In this document: piece by piece, positions 1 through 13,284 of the stretch
Numbering within the stretch: the first letter of the stretch is position 1
Layout: each line of letters opens with the position of its first letter
DNA from: Camelus dromedarius
Lineage: Eukaryota
DNA: 64,000 nt
Assembly (NCBI RefSeq): GCF_036321535.1
Contig: NC_087436.1
Span: forward strand, 75,208,001 to 75,272,000
Reading direction: 5' to 3'
Program-made: the position numbers and the translations under genes
Notes under the pieces: model-generated
What the model was told of the DNA's origin: nothing
Databases searched by the model: none
The model's input: only the letters and a program-made list of their open reading frames with translations

Positions 1-109
1 TTTTTTACTTATAAAAATACATACTTATTTGCTAATATTTCTTAATACTACAGAATCTCTAGCATACCTATTTATGTAATTTTTTCTTGTGCAGTAACTA
101 TAGGGATAA

Positions 110-325
110 TAATAATATTAACAAAATTTAAACAGTGCCTACCAATTGCCAGGCACTATTCTAAACAATTTGCATGTATTGTGTCTTTTAATCCACAACC
201 CTATGAGAGATAAATTATCATCCCTATTTTATAGATGAAGGAATGGAAGCCCAGAAAGTTTAAATAATTTTTCCAAAGTCTCACAGCTAGTGTGAGGCAC
301 GCTAGGTATTTGAACCTTGGGAGTC
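110..325 (-). mobile_element. MIR SINE
   Basis: Antisense MIR core: attatcatccctattttatagatgaaggaatggaagcccagaaagtttaaataa...cacagctagt. Confidence 0.85.
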
Positions 326-749
326 TCCTCCCTGTGCCATCTTGCCTAATGACTGGACTTACTCGAGTAGCTGTTACTCCTCCTCCCATTCTACTCTGAA
401 GGAATTCTGCATTATAGCCAACAGCTAGTGGTCCAAGCTAATTAAGCTGTGCCCACTGTAGATCATCAGAAATATAAAAAAGATACTTAGCTAGTTTTAT
501 AGAAGGGAAACTTACTTTAGAAAGGGGGCAAAGCAAGTTTAATCCAGTCAGGAATTGGGAAATCCTTCAGTACAAACATCATTATCATCAAAGCTTAGCT
601 CTAATTCATTTGGCATTGAGCTCTGCTGGAATCTGATGTTGGAATTTCCTTGTTCCCAAAAGGCTCTTGGCAGTGCTTCTCTTTTCTTAGGGATGACATT
701 TTAATGTAAAAAACAAACAAAAAACCAAATACAAATTTTAAGAGAATAT

Positions 750-1190
750 TCTGGAGCTATAGAGACTTGGGCTTGAATATCTATTTGGCTGCTTAAAGAA
801 TGGCAGATTTTAAATAATTTTCCTTTTGTTTTTTCATTTAGTTTTCAAATTGAAGTATAGTTGTTGTATAGTATTATATGTTACTATACCGTAGGTATAA
901 TGTAGGTATACGATGTAGTGATTCACAATTGTTAAAGGCTGTACTCCATTTATAGTTATTATAAAAATGTTGGCTATATTCCCCGTGTTGTACAAATATG
1001 CTCTTGTAGCTTATTTTATACATAATAGGTTGTACCTCTTAGTCCCCTACTCCTATGTTACCCCTTCCCCCTAAACAAGTTTCTTAATGTTGTTATGTCT
1101 CAAATTCCCACATCTATAAAACTTATATAGTAATATCTATTTTACAATGTGGTTTTGAACATAGAATTTTAAAATGATAGCAGCTATTGT
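750..1190 (+). mobile_element. MIR SINE interrupted by an L1 tail
   Basis: MIR-like left part (750-810) resumes after the insertion with tctcaaattcccacatctataaaa...taatatctattttacaatgtggttttga. Confidence 0.6.
826..1071 (-). mobile_element. 5'-truncated L1 3' end (cetartiodactyl-type)
   Basis: T-rich tail, then ttgaagtatagttg...gtgattcacaatt...ggctatattccccgtgttgtacaa...cccttcccc. Flanks are diverged direct repeats (taaataattttcctt / taaacaagtttctt). Confidence 0.8.
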
Positions 1191-1519
1191 TACTGTTGGT
1201 TGGACTTTTTGGGACTATAAAGTGTCTTTATAAGACTCTTTATAATTCCTAGCTATATCTTTTTTCTTAAGTAATGTTTTCTTAGGTAATGGTTTCAGTA
1301 TATTGAAAAGCTAATAGTTTATATTAGATCCTGACTCAGAGTATAAAAAAATGGCATCTTATTCATTCTTTTTAACAAATACTATAGTGGTTGGCATGGG
1401 CTCCAGAACAGACCACCTTGATCTTTTAGAGATACAGTGCTTCTTCTTAATGAAAAAGAAATTTGTGTGCTGAAAGAGAATCTTTTCAAATACTTCTTAA
1501 ATAGTATAGTATTGTAGGA

Positions 1520-1715
1520 GGTTGAGAGAGTGGGTTTAAGATTCATACCATGTGGATCCAAGTCCTAGTTCCAGATTAGAACTGTGCTACCTTGCTCTCT
1601 GAGCCTCACTTTTCCCTCATTCCCCATTTTCCCTCTATGTAAAGTGAGGTTGATAATGACATACTTTCTAGGTTAGAAAGGAGTAGATGAGATAATGGCC
1701 TAATAACTATTAAGC
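1520..1715 (+). mobile_element. MIR SINE
   Basis: ctctctgagcctcacttttccc...ctatgtaaagtgaggttgataatgac...atgagataatg. Confidence 0.75.
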
Positions 1716-1717
1716 AG

Positions 1718-4700
1718 ACTTCTTCTGGCTAAGATGGAGTAACAGGGACCTGATTTACCTTTCCACCTAAAGCAGTCAGCATTACCTTGATACCAAAACC
1801 AGACAAAGGAAATGACAGTCCAGTATTATTCATGGATGTAGATACTAAAATTATAAACTAAATTTTAGCAAATAGAATCCAGCAATGTATAAAAAGGATA
1901 AACATCATGACCAAGTAGAGTTTATCCTAGGAACAGAAGGTTAGTTTAACATTCAACAATCATTATAATTTACCATATTAACAAACTAAAAATCAAGTTG
2001 TGATTATCTCAGAGAAAACATTTGACAGAGTCTAACACTCCTTCCTGATTAAAAAGTCTCTGCAAACTAGGAATAGATTAACATCCTCAACCTGATAAAG
2101 GGGATCTAGGAAAAATCAACAGCTGACGTGGTACTTAGTGCTGAAAGGCTTTCCTCCTAAGATAAGGAACAAGATAAGGATATCCATTCCCACCCCTTCT
2201 GTTCAGCACTGATCTAGGGCATCTAGGTAATGCAGTCAGGCAGATAAAAGAGGCCTCCAGGTTAGAAGGGAAGAAGTAAAACTGTCATTTTGCACAAGAT
2301 AGCACGATCTAGCTAGTAGAACAAGGAAGTGAGTTAAGTAAGGTTGCAGGATACAAAATCAATATACAGAAATCAATTTATTTCTGTGTAACAGCAAAGA
2401 ACATTTAGAAATTAAAATTTAAAACTAAGAAATGCCATTTATAGTTTCCATACACTGCAAACTTCAAAATGTAGTTGAGAGAAATTAAATAAAGAAGGTC
2501 TAAAGAAATGATGAGATGGATCATACTCATGTATCAGTAAACTCGATATTGTTAAGATGTCAGTTGTCCCTAAAATAATGTATAGACACAGTACATTCTC
2601 AACCAAAATCCCACTTATGTTTTTGTTAGAAATTGGCATGCTGATTCTAAAATTCATGTGGAAATACAAAGGATCTAGACTAGCCAAAATAACTTTGACA
2701 AAGAACAAAGTTGGAGGTCTATCTGATTTTAAGATTTATAAAGCTACAGTAATTAAAACAGTATGATGTTGATATCAAAAGAGACAAAATGATCAGTGGA
2801 ATAGAATATAGAGTCCAAAAATAAACAAATAAATAAAAGATCAAAACTCACATAGACAACTGATTTAAAACAAGTACAAAGGCATTTTTAATAGTGAGGC
2901 AAGAGAGTCTTTTCAACAAATGTACTAGAACAATTTATCTATATGTGATAAAATGAACTTTGATCCATACTTCATACCAAATATAATTAACTCAAAATGT
3001 ATCAAAGACCTAAATGTAAACTCCAAATGACAAAACTTCTAGAAAAAAAAGTTGAATTAGGGAATAATTTCTTATGTTTGACACCAGAAGTATGATCCAC
3101 AAAAGAACAGGCTGATAAATTGTACTTTATGAAAATTAAAACCTTTTCTCTTTAAGAGATACTGTTGAGAGAATGAAAAGATAAACCACAAATTGGGATA
3201 AAATATTTGCAAATCATGTATCTGATAAATCCACAAAAGAATTCTTAAAACTCAGTAGTAAAAATATTCAGTTTTAAAAATCAGAATATTTGAAAACACC
3301 TCACCAAGGTGTGACAAACACATGGCAAACAAATGACAAACACATTAAAAGATGCTCAGCATTATTAGTTGTTAAGGAAATACAAATTCAAACCACAATG
3401 AGATATCATTACACATCTATTGCAATGACTAAACTTAAAAAGACTGACTATACCAAGTGTTGGTGAGGATATGGAGGGAGTGGAATGCTCATATGCTCAT
3501 ATTTTACTGTGGGAATGTAAAATGATGCAGCCTTTTTGACAAACAGTTTGGCAGTTTAAGAAGTTTAACGTCCACATACTATATGATCCTACTACTTCAC
3601 ATTTTAAATATTTACCAAGGAGAAATTAAAGCATATGTTCATGCAAAGATTTGTAAACAAATGCTTATATCAGATTTATTTATTTTTTCTGTATATATAT
3701 TTTTATTGGCGTATAGTCAGTTTACAGTGTTACGTCAATTTCTGGTGTATAGCATAATGCTTTAGTCATACATGAACATACATATATTCATTTTCATATT
3801 CTTTTTCTTTTAAGTTACTATAAGATACTGAATATAGTTCCCTGTGCTTTACAGTATGAACTAGTTTATCTATTATATATATATTAGTATCTGCAAATTT
3901 TGAACTCCCAATTTATATCTTCCCACTTCCTTTCCCCTGGTAACCATAAGTTTGTTTTCTGTGTCTTTGAGTCTGTTTTGTAAATAAGTTAATTTGTCTT
4001 TTTTTTTTATATTCCACATATAAGTGATATCAAATGGTATTTTTCTTTCTCTTTCTGGCTTACTTCACTTAGAATGACAATCTCCAGGTCCATCTATGTT
4101 GTTCCAAATGGCATTGTTTTATTATTTTTTATGGCTGAGTAGTATTCCATTGTATAAATACACCACAACTTTTTTATCCAGTCATCTGTCACATTTAGGT
4201 TGTTTCCATGTCTTGGATGTTGTAACAGATTTATTTGTAATAGCCAAAAACCAGAAACATTTCATGTGTCCATTGACAGGTAAATGTATAAACACACTTT
4301 GTTATATTTATATAATAGAATATTTTTAATAATAAATAAACTATTGATGCATGCTTTAACATGGATGAATTAAAAAAAATTATGCTTATTGAAAGAAGCC
4401 AGACAAAAAGGAGTACATACTATGTGATTCCATTTATGTAAACTTCTGGAAGCTGCAAAATAATGTTTACTGACAGAAAGTAGACGAGTAGGGGACAGGG
4501 TGGCTGGGATAGGATAGGAAGGAGGGATTACAAAGAAGCAAAAGAAATTTTAGGAATGATTGACATGTTTGTTATCCTGACTGATGATGGTTTCACGAGT
4601 GTATACTCGTATCAAAACTTGATGTGCAACATATCCGTTCGAATACTATTTAGCAATAAGAAGGAACAAAATATGGATGTATGCTATGATGTGGATGACC

Positions 4701-4990
4701 TTCAGAAACATTCTCAGTGAAGAAAGCAGACACAGAAACTACATACTGTGTGATACCATTTATGTGAAATATCCAAAAAAGGTAAAACTATAGAGACAGA
4801 AAGATTAGTGATTGCCTGGGAGGGGGGGATGGGAAGGAACAAGCATTAATAGTAAATGTACATTAGGGATCATATTGGGGTGATGAAGATGTTTTAAAAC
4901 TGATTTATGGTGATTGTTGATAAACTTACTAAAAAAATCAATGAATTGTAAATTGGAAAATGAATACTGTGATATGCAAAATATGCCTCT
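1718..4990 (+). mobile_element. Old L1 (L1M class): short 5' piece, degenerate ORF2 (RT/C-terminal region) and 3' UTR segments
   Basis: ORF2-like cattaccttgataccaaaaccagacaaag and aatagaatccagcaatgtataaaaagg. The ORF-track peptide ILKFMWKYKGSRLAKITLTKNKVGGL..DFKIYKATVIKTV is typical L1 ORF2. Many stops and frameshifts; two successive 3'UTR-like blocks at ~4237-4620 and ~4625-4990. Confidence 0.9.
3682..4225 (-). mobile_element. Young 5'-truncated L1 3' end nested in the older L1, 11-bp TSD
   Basis: attggcgtatagtcagtttacagtgtt...ggtaaccataagtttgttttct...ttggatgttgtaa. TSD CAGATTTATTT at 3671-3681 and 4226-4236. Confidence 0.9.
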
Positions 4991-5325
4991 GTAAAGTTAT
5001 TAAAAATGTAGCATCAAGTGTATCTCCATATATGTTTAAAAAAGTATAAAAATATGTTTACAGTTGTATATAATACAATATAACTATTTCATAAAAATAT
5101 AATTGTCAGAGGTAACAGATTTTTAATAGAGGTTTCAAAGCAAAGTAATATATCTTCCTTAAAAGTTTTACATTTTCATGAGTGATGTTACTTTACAGTT
5201 GGAGATACTAAAGGTGTAATCTTGCTGTTATTGTTGTTTTTGCTAGTTGAGTTTAGAATGAGTCTGCAGATGAAAGGGCACTGATGTCATCATCGCCCAC
5301 TTGAGGTCCTCCTCATTTTGGATAA

Positions 5326-5525
5326 AAGGGGTCAACAAACTCTGGCCCATGGGCCAAATCCAGTTTGTGGCTTATTTTTACAGTCTGTGACCTAGGAATG
5401 GTCTTTACAGTTTCACATGGTTGTAAAAAACGAAGCAAACAAAAATTTGCAGAGATCGTATGTGGCCTGCAAAGCATAAAATATTTACTAGCTGGATCTT
5501 TAGAGAAAAAGCTTGCTGACTCCAA
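5326..5525. mobile_element. MER58-family hAT-Charlie DNA transposon
   Basis: Terminal inverted repeats ggggtcaacaaact / agcttgctgactcc; internal tgtggcctgcaaagcataaaatatttacta. Confidence 0.85.
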
Positions 5526-6339
5526 ATCTAGAGAGGTGTTTTTAGGGAGAGGAAAATGTGTTAATTTTGTGTTTTTGTTTGCTTGAACAGGAGAGACTAT
5601 CTTACTTTAGTTAAATCATCTGGATTTTCCTTGTTATAAGCAGCGTCTGTACTGCCACATTGCTTCAGGGTCTAGTTCTAATGATGCTGTAATGTGAAAT
5701 TGATTTTTAATAGTTTAAGCTGGTTTTCCTTCTGTATCAAAGTGATAAAGACAATTAGTTGAATGATCTTTCTTAATTATCTGACTTGAGGATTAACATC
5801 TTGGGTATTAGAACTCAGCCACTAATGCCTTTGTGTATCAGAACATTTGTCAGCATTACTTGCAGGTAAATTAGTTTTGTTCTTAATATTTCCTATCATT
5901 TGTACCAATGGTTTACATATTCATAAAATTGGTTATGTCTGTATGTACCATCAGATCAAATACTCATGTCAGTGAAAATGTCATTCAGATGATAATGTCG
6001 AACATCATGCTGACAGAACAGACTGTTACTGGAATATTTAATTCTCAGTCTCTTATATTGCTATCATGTAGTCACCATTTATTTTCTCTTAGCATGAATA
6101 AGTTGGTTGGGGTAAAAGTAGGTTGGTGAGTGATCAGATTCAAGGGAAACATCTTAAAGCACAAAACTAAAAATAAAGATTTACAGGGAAGAAAAAGCAA
6201 ATTTCTTCAGCTGGACCCTAACTTTTTAAAAAAATTATGACTCTTTCCATGAAATAGAAATGAAACTAAGGTAGATACTCAAAAAATGAAGTTGAGACAT
6301 AGTATGTACCCGTCCAGTGTATATGTTCTAAATAGCACT

Positions 6340-6578
6340 CTTTTAAAAAACTGAAGTATAGTCAGTTACAGTGTGTCAGTTTCTGGTGTACAGCACAATG
6401 TCCCAGTCATGCATATACATATATACATTCACTTTCATATTCTTTTTCATGAAAGATTATTACAAGGTACTGAATATACTTCTCTGTGCTATACAGAAGA
6501 AATTTTTTTAAATCTGTTTTTATATATAGTGGCTAATATTTGCAAATTTCAGTCCCAAATTTATCCCTTCCCATCCCT
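6340..6578 (-). mobile_element. Young short L1 3'-tail insertion, 12-bp TSD (1 mismatch)
   Basis: ctgaagtatagtcagttacagtgtgtcagtttctggtgtacagcac... TSD CTAAATAGCACT (6328-6339) and CTAAGTAGCACT (6579-6590). Confidence 0.9.
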
Positions 6579-7194
6579 CTAAGTAGCACTTTAATTTCTA
6601 ATAGTAATTAGATAGTTTTAAAATGATTTATCTGAGTTTATTATGTAGAAGACAATATAATAGTCATAATTATGCTACCTACGTAAATGTTGACATTTAA
6701 ATATTTTAAATTTAATGTATTCACTTTATTAAATTCAAGCATTTTACAAAAATATATGAGGAAACACTGAAACCCTTCTCTCTGTAATTGTTTTCTCATG
6801 GGACTCCTATTAATAGTTTTATTTTGTAATAGAAATATTACAGCATAAACATAAACACCCTTAACAAAATGCATTTATGTACACAATGTGCACGTACACT
6901 GTTCTGTATCTTTCTTTTCCACTAATGTAATGTGTGTGTCTTCAGAGATGCATCAGTTTTTTCAAGCATGTGAACCATTTTGGCCTCATCACTTCCGCTC
7001 CATCCCACAGTCCAGAGATTAGTCACATGGTTTAGCTAAAGGTCTGTGCCATGTAGTGTCTAGCTGGGTCCCCTTGTGCCCGACTAAAACTTTAATTATT
7101 TAAAAGAAGAGGGGATGGATTTGAGAGACAATTAAGATTTTGCCACAGCTGAGCAGGGAGGAACCAAGAAACCTAAAAGAATAAGAAAATAAAA

Positions 7195-7295
7195 GGTGGG
7201 AATCTTTGTCCATTTTATTTATTACTGTATCCCCAATTCCTGGAATTTCCTGGCAAAGAGTAGATAATCAATAAATAATTATGTAATGAATGAAT
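7195..7295 (+). mobile_element. L2 3' end
   Basis: actgtatccccaattcctgg...cctggcaaagagtagataatcaataaataattatgtaatgaatgaat. Confidence 0.75.
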
Positions 7296-8984
7296 ATGCA
7301 AATATGTAAATAAACAGAAGCTACTACCAATTAAAGATTAGTTATAAATTATTAAAAGACATTATGTAATATTTAGTGAATCAGTATTTTGTGAAACTTT
7401 AATTTAAACCTTTCAAACAATCCTTATGGAGTAATATGGAAAGCGTAAATTTTAATTCCTGGGATTTCACAAAATTAGAGTCAGAAGTAAAAATCTTACC
7501 CTCTATTCATTATAGGAATGCTTAGTCAGGTGTATATTTTGACATTAAACAAAAAATTAAACTGTCCAGATATTATAGCATAAACCTGCCAGAATAAAGA
7601 CTTTGAAGTAATTTTCAAAGGGTGTCTGTTAGTATTTTACAACATACCACAAATCCATTTTTTGTTAGCTGTGAGGCTCTCAGAAACATGCTTTGTTTTT
7701 TCTCACTGATAGAGTCTGTGTTTGACTTAAGAATCTTGGCCTCTAGCCTACTTTTCTATATCACTTGTAAATTTTATTGTAAACCAGTCCCATTGTTGAT
7801 TTTTAACTTGTCTTTTATTATAAGGTTAAAGTTCTTTCTGGTTTTATATTAATATTGATTTTCCCATTTTACAGAGGCACACATAATACCTTTATATTTG
7901 TCAAAACCTAAAATGTTCTCTCTCTTCCTCCTTTCACTTGTTAATGTTTATTGCCTCACCTATTTAAAAAACAAACGAATGTGACAGTGTTATAGTTAGA
8001 TTTCACTTGCTGAGAGAGGTGGCGATCAAGAGATACAACTTTTCACTAGGAAAAAAATTACTAGAGCTGTAACATTGGGCACAGTAGGACTTGCAGTAGG
8101 AAGCATTTATCAAGAAGAGAGGACATGAGCCATAGTTTAAAGGAAAATTAGGGATGTGTGCATTTGGTTTATTTAACCTATCATAGTATTTCACATAATC
8201 AATTATGACTCTCATGGCTTACTATATACACTTATAAAAGAGTCTATAAAAACTGACCCATGTTTCTGTATATATGTTTTTCAAGTAGCAACTAGCTAAC
8301 TTAAGTCTGAATCCAGTTCAATAGACTCTCACATATGTAGAAATACTGTAGTTTTCATGGGTTTTAGACTTTGATTTTCAAATCATTTCTAACCTGAAAA
8401 TCTTTTGGGGTTAATTAAATTAGATAAAGTATGAGGCTAAAAACAGATTTCTGTTATAATGCACACTGGACCTTTTAAAGGGTGCAGTGTACTATATAAA
8501 ATCTACTTAGTTTCAGATCATTCTTTGTAGTTTTGGCCCCTTTATAAGTGCTTTGGTGTCAGCACAGCAACTTGATGGGATTTTCTGCATTTCATAAAAA
8601 AGTGTTTAGCTTTCGAAAGAATGTTTAGTGAGGACCTGCTATATTTCCAATCAACTTTTTTTTCTGTTTTAATTTTTTACTTCAAAGCAGTTCTTTTCAA
8701 GTATACATGTACATACAAGTGAGGCTTTTAAAAATGACTTTTCCCCATAATATTTTCTGAAAACCATAAAGTCAGGACTCTTGGTGATTTCTCTTCATTT
8801 TATCTTAGAGCATTGGGGATTCTTTGCATTCATAGCACTTTAGAAAAGAATATCTAAATATTCATAACATTTCAAGTAAGAAAACAATGAAATATCACAT
8901 ATTATCTTGGAGTTTATTGCTTAATAGCCTAGTTAAGCTCTTATTTGCAAATACTCTCAATGTTGGCATATCTTTTTCCTCACT

Positions 8985-9230
8985 TTTTAAAAATTTTAAG
9001 TGAATGGGAAAGTTGAAAGAATAGTATAATGGACACCTATATACTCATCACTTAGATTCACCAATTTTGTCACATTTGCTTAGAAAAACTAAGTGGTTTG
9101 CTTAGAGAAAATTAGATGTTCTATATTTTCTGAACCACTTAGAATAAAGTTGCAGACATCATAATGCTTTACCCCTAAATATTTTCACAGGCATAGCCTA
9201 CAAGTAGGACATTCTTCTATATATGTTTTT
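8985..9230 (-). mobile_element. L1MC/ME-type 3' fragment
   Basis: gaaagttgaaagaatagtataatggacacctatatactcatcacttagattcacc...ctgaaccacttagaataaagttgcagacatc. Confidence 0.7.
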
Positions 9231-12200
9231 TAAAGTACTTTTGTTTTTTAGCATAGCTTATAGAATTTATTTATTGCTACTTTTTTCTATTCATAAATTA
9301 TTGATTTGCTGTTTTTCTTTATTCTGTTATCTTGAGGTTTTTTTTCTGGATTGTTTTCTCATTTTCTAAGTTTTTAATGAGATTTGTAAATTTTTTTTTT
9401 TAATAATGAAAGGGTTTAAATTTGTGAATTTACCTCTAATTATATGTTTGATATTTAGTTTCCTTGTCATTATTTTCTGTCATGGGATTTTTTATTCTTA
9501 GGGAGAGTATTTCAAAATTTGGAACTTTTTTTGGCTCTAAGGTTTTATTAAACTCTGACTGCATTATGGTTGAAGAATGCATCCTTTTTCGTTTCTACTT
9601 TAAAAAAATTTCCTGAGACTTTAATTGTGACTTACATGTAACATTAATATTCTTTTTTCAAGTATCCCATGGACTCTTGAAAATAACATGTGTTCTGAGG
9701 CTTCCAGGTGGTAACTGATTAGAAAATGTCAAAAATCCTAAGTCAGCAATGGAGAAAGCCAAAAAATTAATATAATCTACACTTCAGAATCTTTAAAAAG
9801 GCTCAGGATCTGGCTCTAAGTACTTCTGGAATTGAGTGTTAATGGTATGTGGGGGGATGGAGGCAAGAACACTCTGAAATAGGGAGAATTCATTGAAAAC
9901 TATAGAAAATTTTTACATATTTTATGACACTGAGAAACTGCACTTTCCCATGCTAGCAGATGATGGGAAAGATTAAAACAGGGTCTTTTACTAGAGGAGA
10001 TCAGAAGTTGAGAGAATTGGAAAGAGAGATACTAAGTGAATATGTGTGTGTACACAGAAAGATGGAAAACCTTTCCGTCTTCCCCATCCACCCTTCTTCC
10101 CTGACTTGGCTCCCACAACTTTGGCCATCAGTCCTCACCCTCTAGGCAGTAGGATATTAGATTGAGGCTTGGTTCAAGAATAGTAATAATAGTTAAGCTT
10201 TTAGGCAGCTTTATAATATTTTCCTTCCCATTTGAACATTCATGGTGGTTTTATTCTTTTCTTTCAATTTCTGGATGGAGTGATAGTTGTTCATTTCTGG
10301 TAGTTTGATGAGAATTGTTTGACATAATTTAAAAATAATTGTTAAAATTTGTGGTTTGTTCTTGATGATCGTTTTCAGGCTCCCCTTTTCCTTTCCCTGT
10401 CTTTTTCTTTTCTTTCTTTCTTTTTTTAATTCTCTTTAATAGCTCTCTGAAGTGTTTCTTTTCTATTTTTTTCCCATCTCTCTCTCTCTTTTTTTTTTTT
10501 TCTCTTCTCTACTCCTTCCCTCCCTCCTTGTTTGTCCACTTACGTGTTAGAAAGACATGAAAGATAGAATTGAATTTATGGGAAAATTAGTATGAATTAG
10601 TTGGAAGTAAATACCACAGAAAAGTTTTTCAATGACATGCAACAAATTAATTTTGATAGCAGAGTATCTAATCGAAAATGTTGCTTGATAGATTCTGCCT
10701 CAGTTAATAATGCTGTGTAATTAACAAGTAAGTTGTTTATATTAAAGTGTTTTTAACATAAATGTTCTCTAAAGATGTTTAAACATTTTCTTATAATCTT
10801 ATTTATTTATTACATCATAAAACTTTTTAAACACATTTGACAGTCTTTGAATTATTACTAATTCCAAATTAGTGGCACCAATAAGTTTATTATGAAACAT
10901 TGATTTCTCCTGTTAAGTAGGGTCCTGGTCTTCCTATTTATTTTTTATATCACAGGACAGGTTTCCACTAGTATTCTGTAAAATTAAGTAAAAGAGTATT
11001 CTGGAGAAACAGTGTACTTTCAAAATATGTGTGCCACTGTTCTAATTTAGAAACGATTGCTTTTTCTGTTCTTTTAATTTATTAGTATGTAATTAGAACA
11101 TAAAATCTTGAATAATTTGGGTTGAGGAAGACTTAAAAACTTCACTAAATATGATTGAAGTTTTGAAGAACCTCTTTTAAAAGTAATTTAATAGCCTATC
11201 TTTGACATGAATGGTTATCATAGCATTAAAGGAAAGACAACTGTAGCCCTTTTATAATGGTATAAATATCCAGATTTTGAAGACTTAACAAATAGTAATG
11301 CTATTGGTAAATGACATCTAAGCTCATTTTCTAAAAAGGAAAAAAGAGGATAGGACAGCCCAGAATTTTGTTTATACCAAAACATGCCAGGACCTGATTT
11401 AACTAGTGTTTCTTGTCTGGGTTTCAGATATACTTGCATTTTTGACATACTTAATATAAAGACAATGTCTTTGATGTGCTTTTTTCCCCCACCCTTCTTT
11501 TTAAAGTTGTAGACTTGGTCCATTCATAGATGTGTATCACTATGTTTTGCTTGTGTAATAGTGAATTGTTTTGTGGCAAGAATGTTGTCAACTTGGCAGG
11601 TAATAAAAAATGAAGTATATGGTAACAAAGATAAACAAGTTTAGGGCAAGGGAATATAAACATAGTAAAATCTTGTGTTGAAATCAGAGCCTTCAGTTTT
11701 AGCGAACATGTTAGAACAGGAAAAGTGAATGTGTTGGAGTTCAGGTAAACAACAAGATGTGGGTAGTATAGTACACGGAAATTAAAGGCTTATTTTGAAG
11801 CATCTGGGTCCATAAGTTTCAAAAGTGGCAAGCAAGAAATATTGCTTAAATCAATTAGATACAAACAATAGTTGGATACAAGGCAGCAGCACATTGGCTC
11901 ATGGCTTATTGCCATTTCCCCTCCTCCTTTCCTCCATTTCTTCTAGTTGATGATTAACTTTTCTTTGGTTGCATTATTTTTGGTGTACTACAGTATACTG
12001 TGTCATAGATAAAGAAATTAAAAAGTAGAAGATAAAATGTAGAATGTAAAAGTCAAATTCTGTATGTTTTAGTTCTCGTTAAAAATAAAGGAAGTTGATT
12101 GGCAGTAGATCTTAGATTTCCAAGAGAATGGTGATAAGAAAGAGGAGAAAATAATATTTATCCAAGACCCAGTATGTGCCAGCAATTTGCTTGATGCTTT

Positions 12201-13083
12201 ATCGTGAGAGATGTTTACTTAACTGGGATGAATAGTCCTTGTAGTATTTTAAGTTACATCCTTTGGATGGATTTTTATCAGTGTTCTTATCAGTAGGAAT
12301 ATTAGAATCAAAAATAGTTTATTATCATTTCCAGTTTTTTTAATCTATACTGTTGTGAAATCAGATGATAATATCTCAGAACTTTTCAGACTAAGAAGTA
12401 TGACTCTCCCCTTCTATCAGATATAAATAGTAGCATAAGAAAAACCATACCATTTGAGAGAAACCAATAACTTTTCTTTTTAATTCATTGCATTACCTAA
12501 ACAGTGTAGTGATCATTGATTAATAGAATAACACATGTTAATAAAAAATATGAGTGTGGCGTAACGTGTAATAGGGGAGTAAACTGACTTCCTTTCCTTT
12601 GTTTGTCAATCCATTTGTTAATAAGTAGTTGTGTATAAGTACTGCACACACAGTATACTGCACACACAGCTTTCTTTTGTTAGCTTTATTTCAGAAACCA
12701 GTGATAAGTATGACAGCTGTTACTGCATTCTGTCTTTATCCAAATCCAGCAGAAGAAATTGAGTCAATCTGAAAAATAATTCCCTGTGACTTTCATTAGT
12801 GTTATTTCTAAACAAATAATAACATGTAGTAATATAGTATTTATAGTAGATAATAAAGCATCTGTAATACTCTATTATGAATTATTAAATATATTAGATA
12901 TAAACACAAAATTAAGCACTTTCCAAATAGCTTTATCATGAGCAATGATGAAGGCTGTTTCTGCGTAACAGCACTCTGGATTTTGGTAAAGATATTCATT
13001 TGTTAAAGTGATACAATGCAGAAGTCATGCCACAACTTGTCTTTGCATGAATTTTCATATATTTGGGGACAAATAATGTATTG

Positions 13084-13254
13084 CAGGGGTTGGCAAACAG
13101 TGGCTCTGTTAACTGTTCTTGTACCACCTGTGAGCTTAGAAGGGTCTTTTAAAAGGTTGTATAAAAAAAGAACATGCAGCAGAAATTCATATGTGGCCCT
13201 TTAAGCCTAAGATATTTACTCTCTGGTTCTTTACAGAAGAAGTTTGCCAACCCT
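13084..13254. mobile_element. MER58-family hAT-Charlie DNA transposon
   Basis: TIRs caggggttggcaaac / gtttgccaaccct; tgtggccctttaagcctaagatatttactctctgg. Confidence 0.85.
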
Positions 13255-13284
13255 AAAATATAAATATGTGAAACATAAGCCTAG

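Noticed and set aside
2557..2766. 69-aa ORF
   Set aside because: Degenerate L1 ORF2 fragment, not a host gene.
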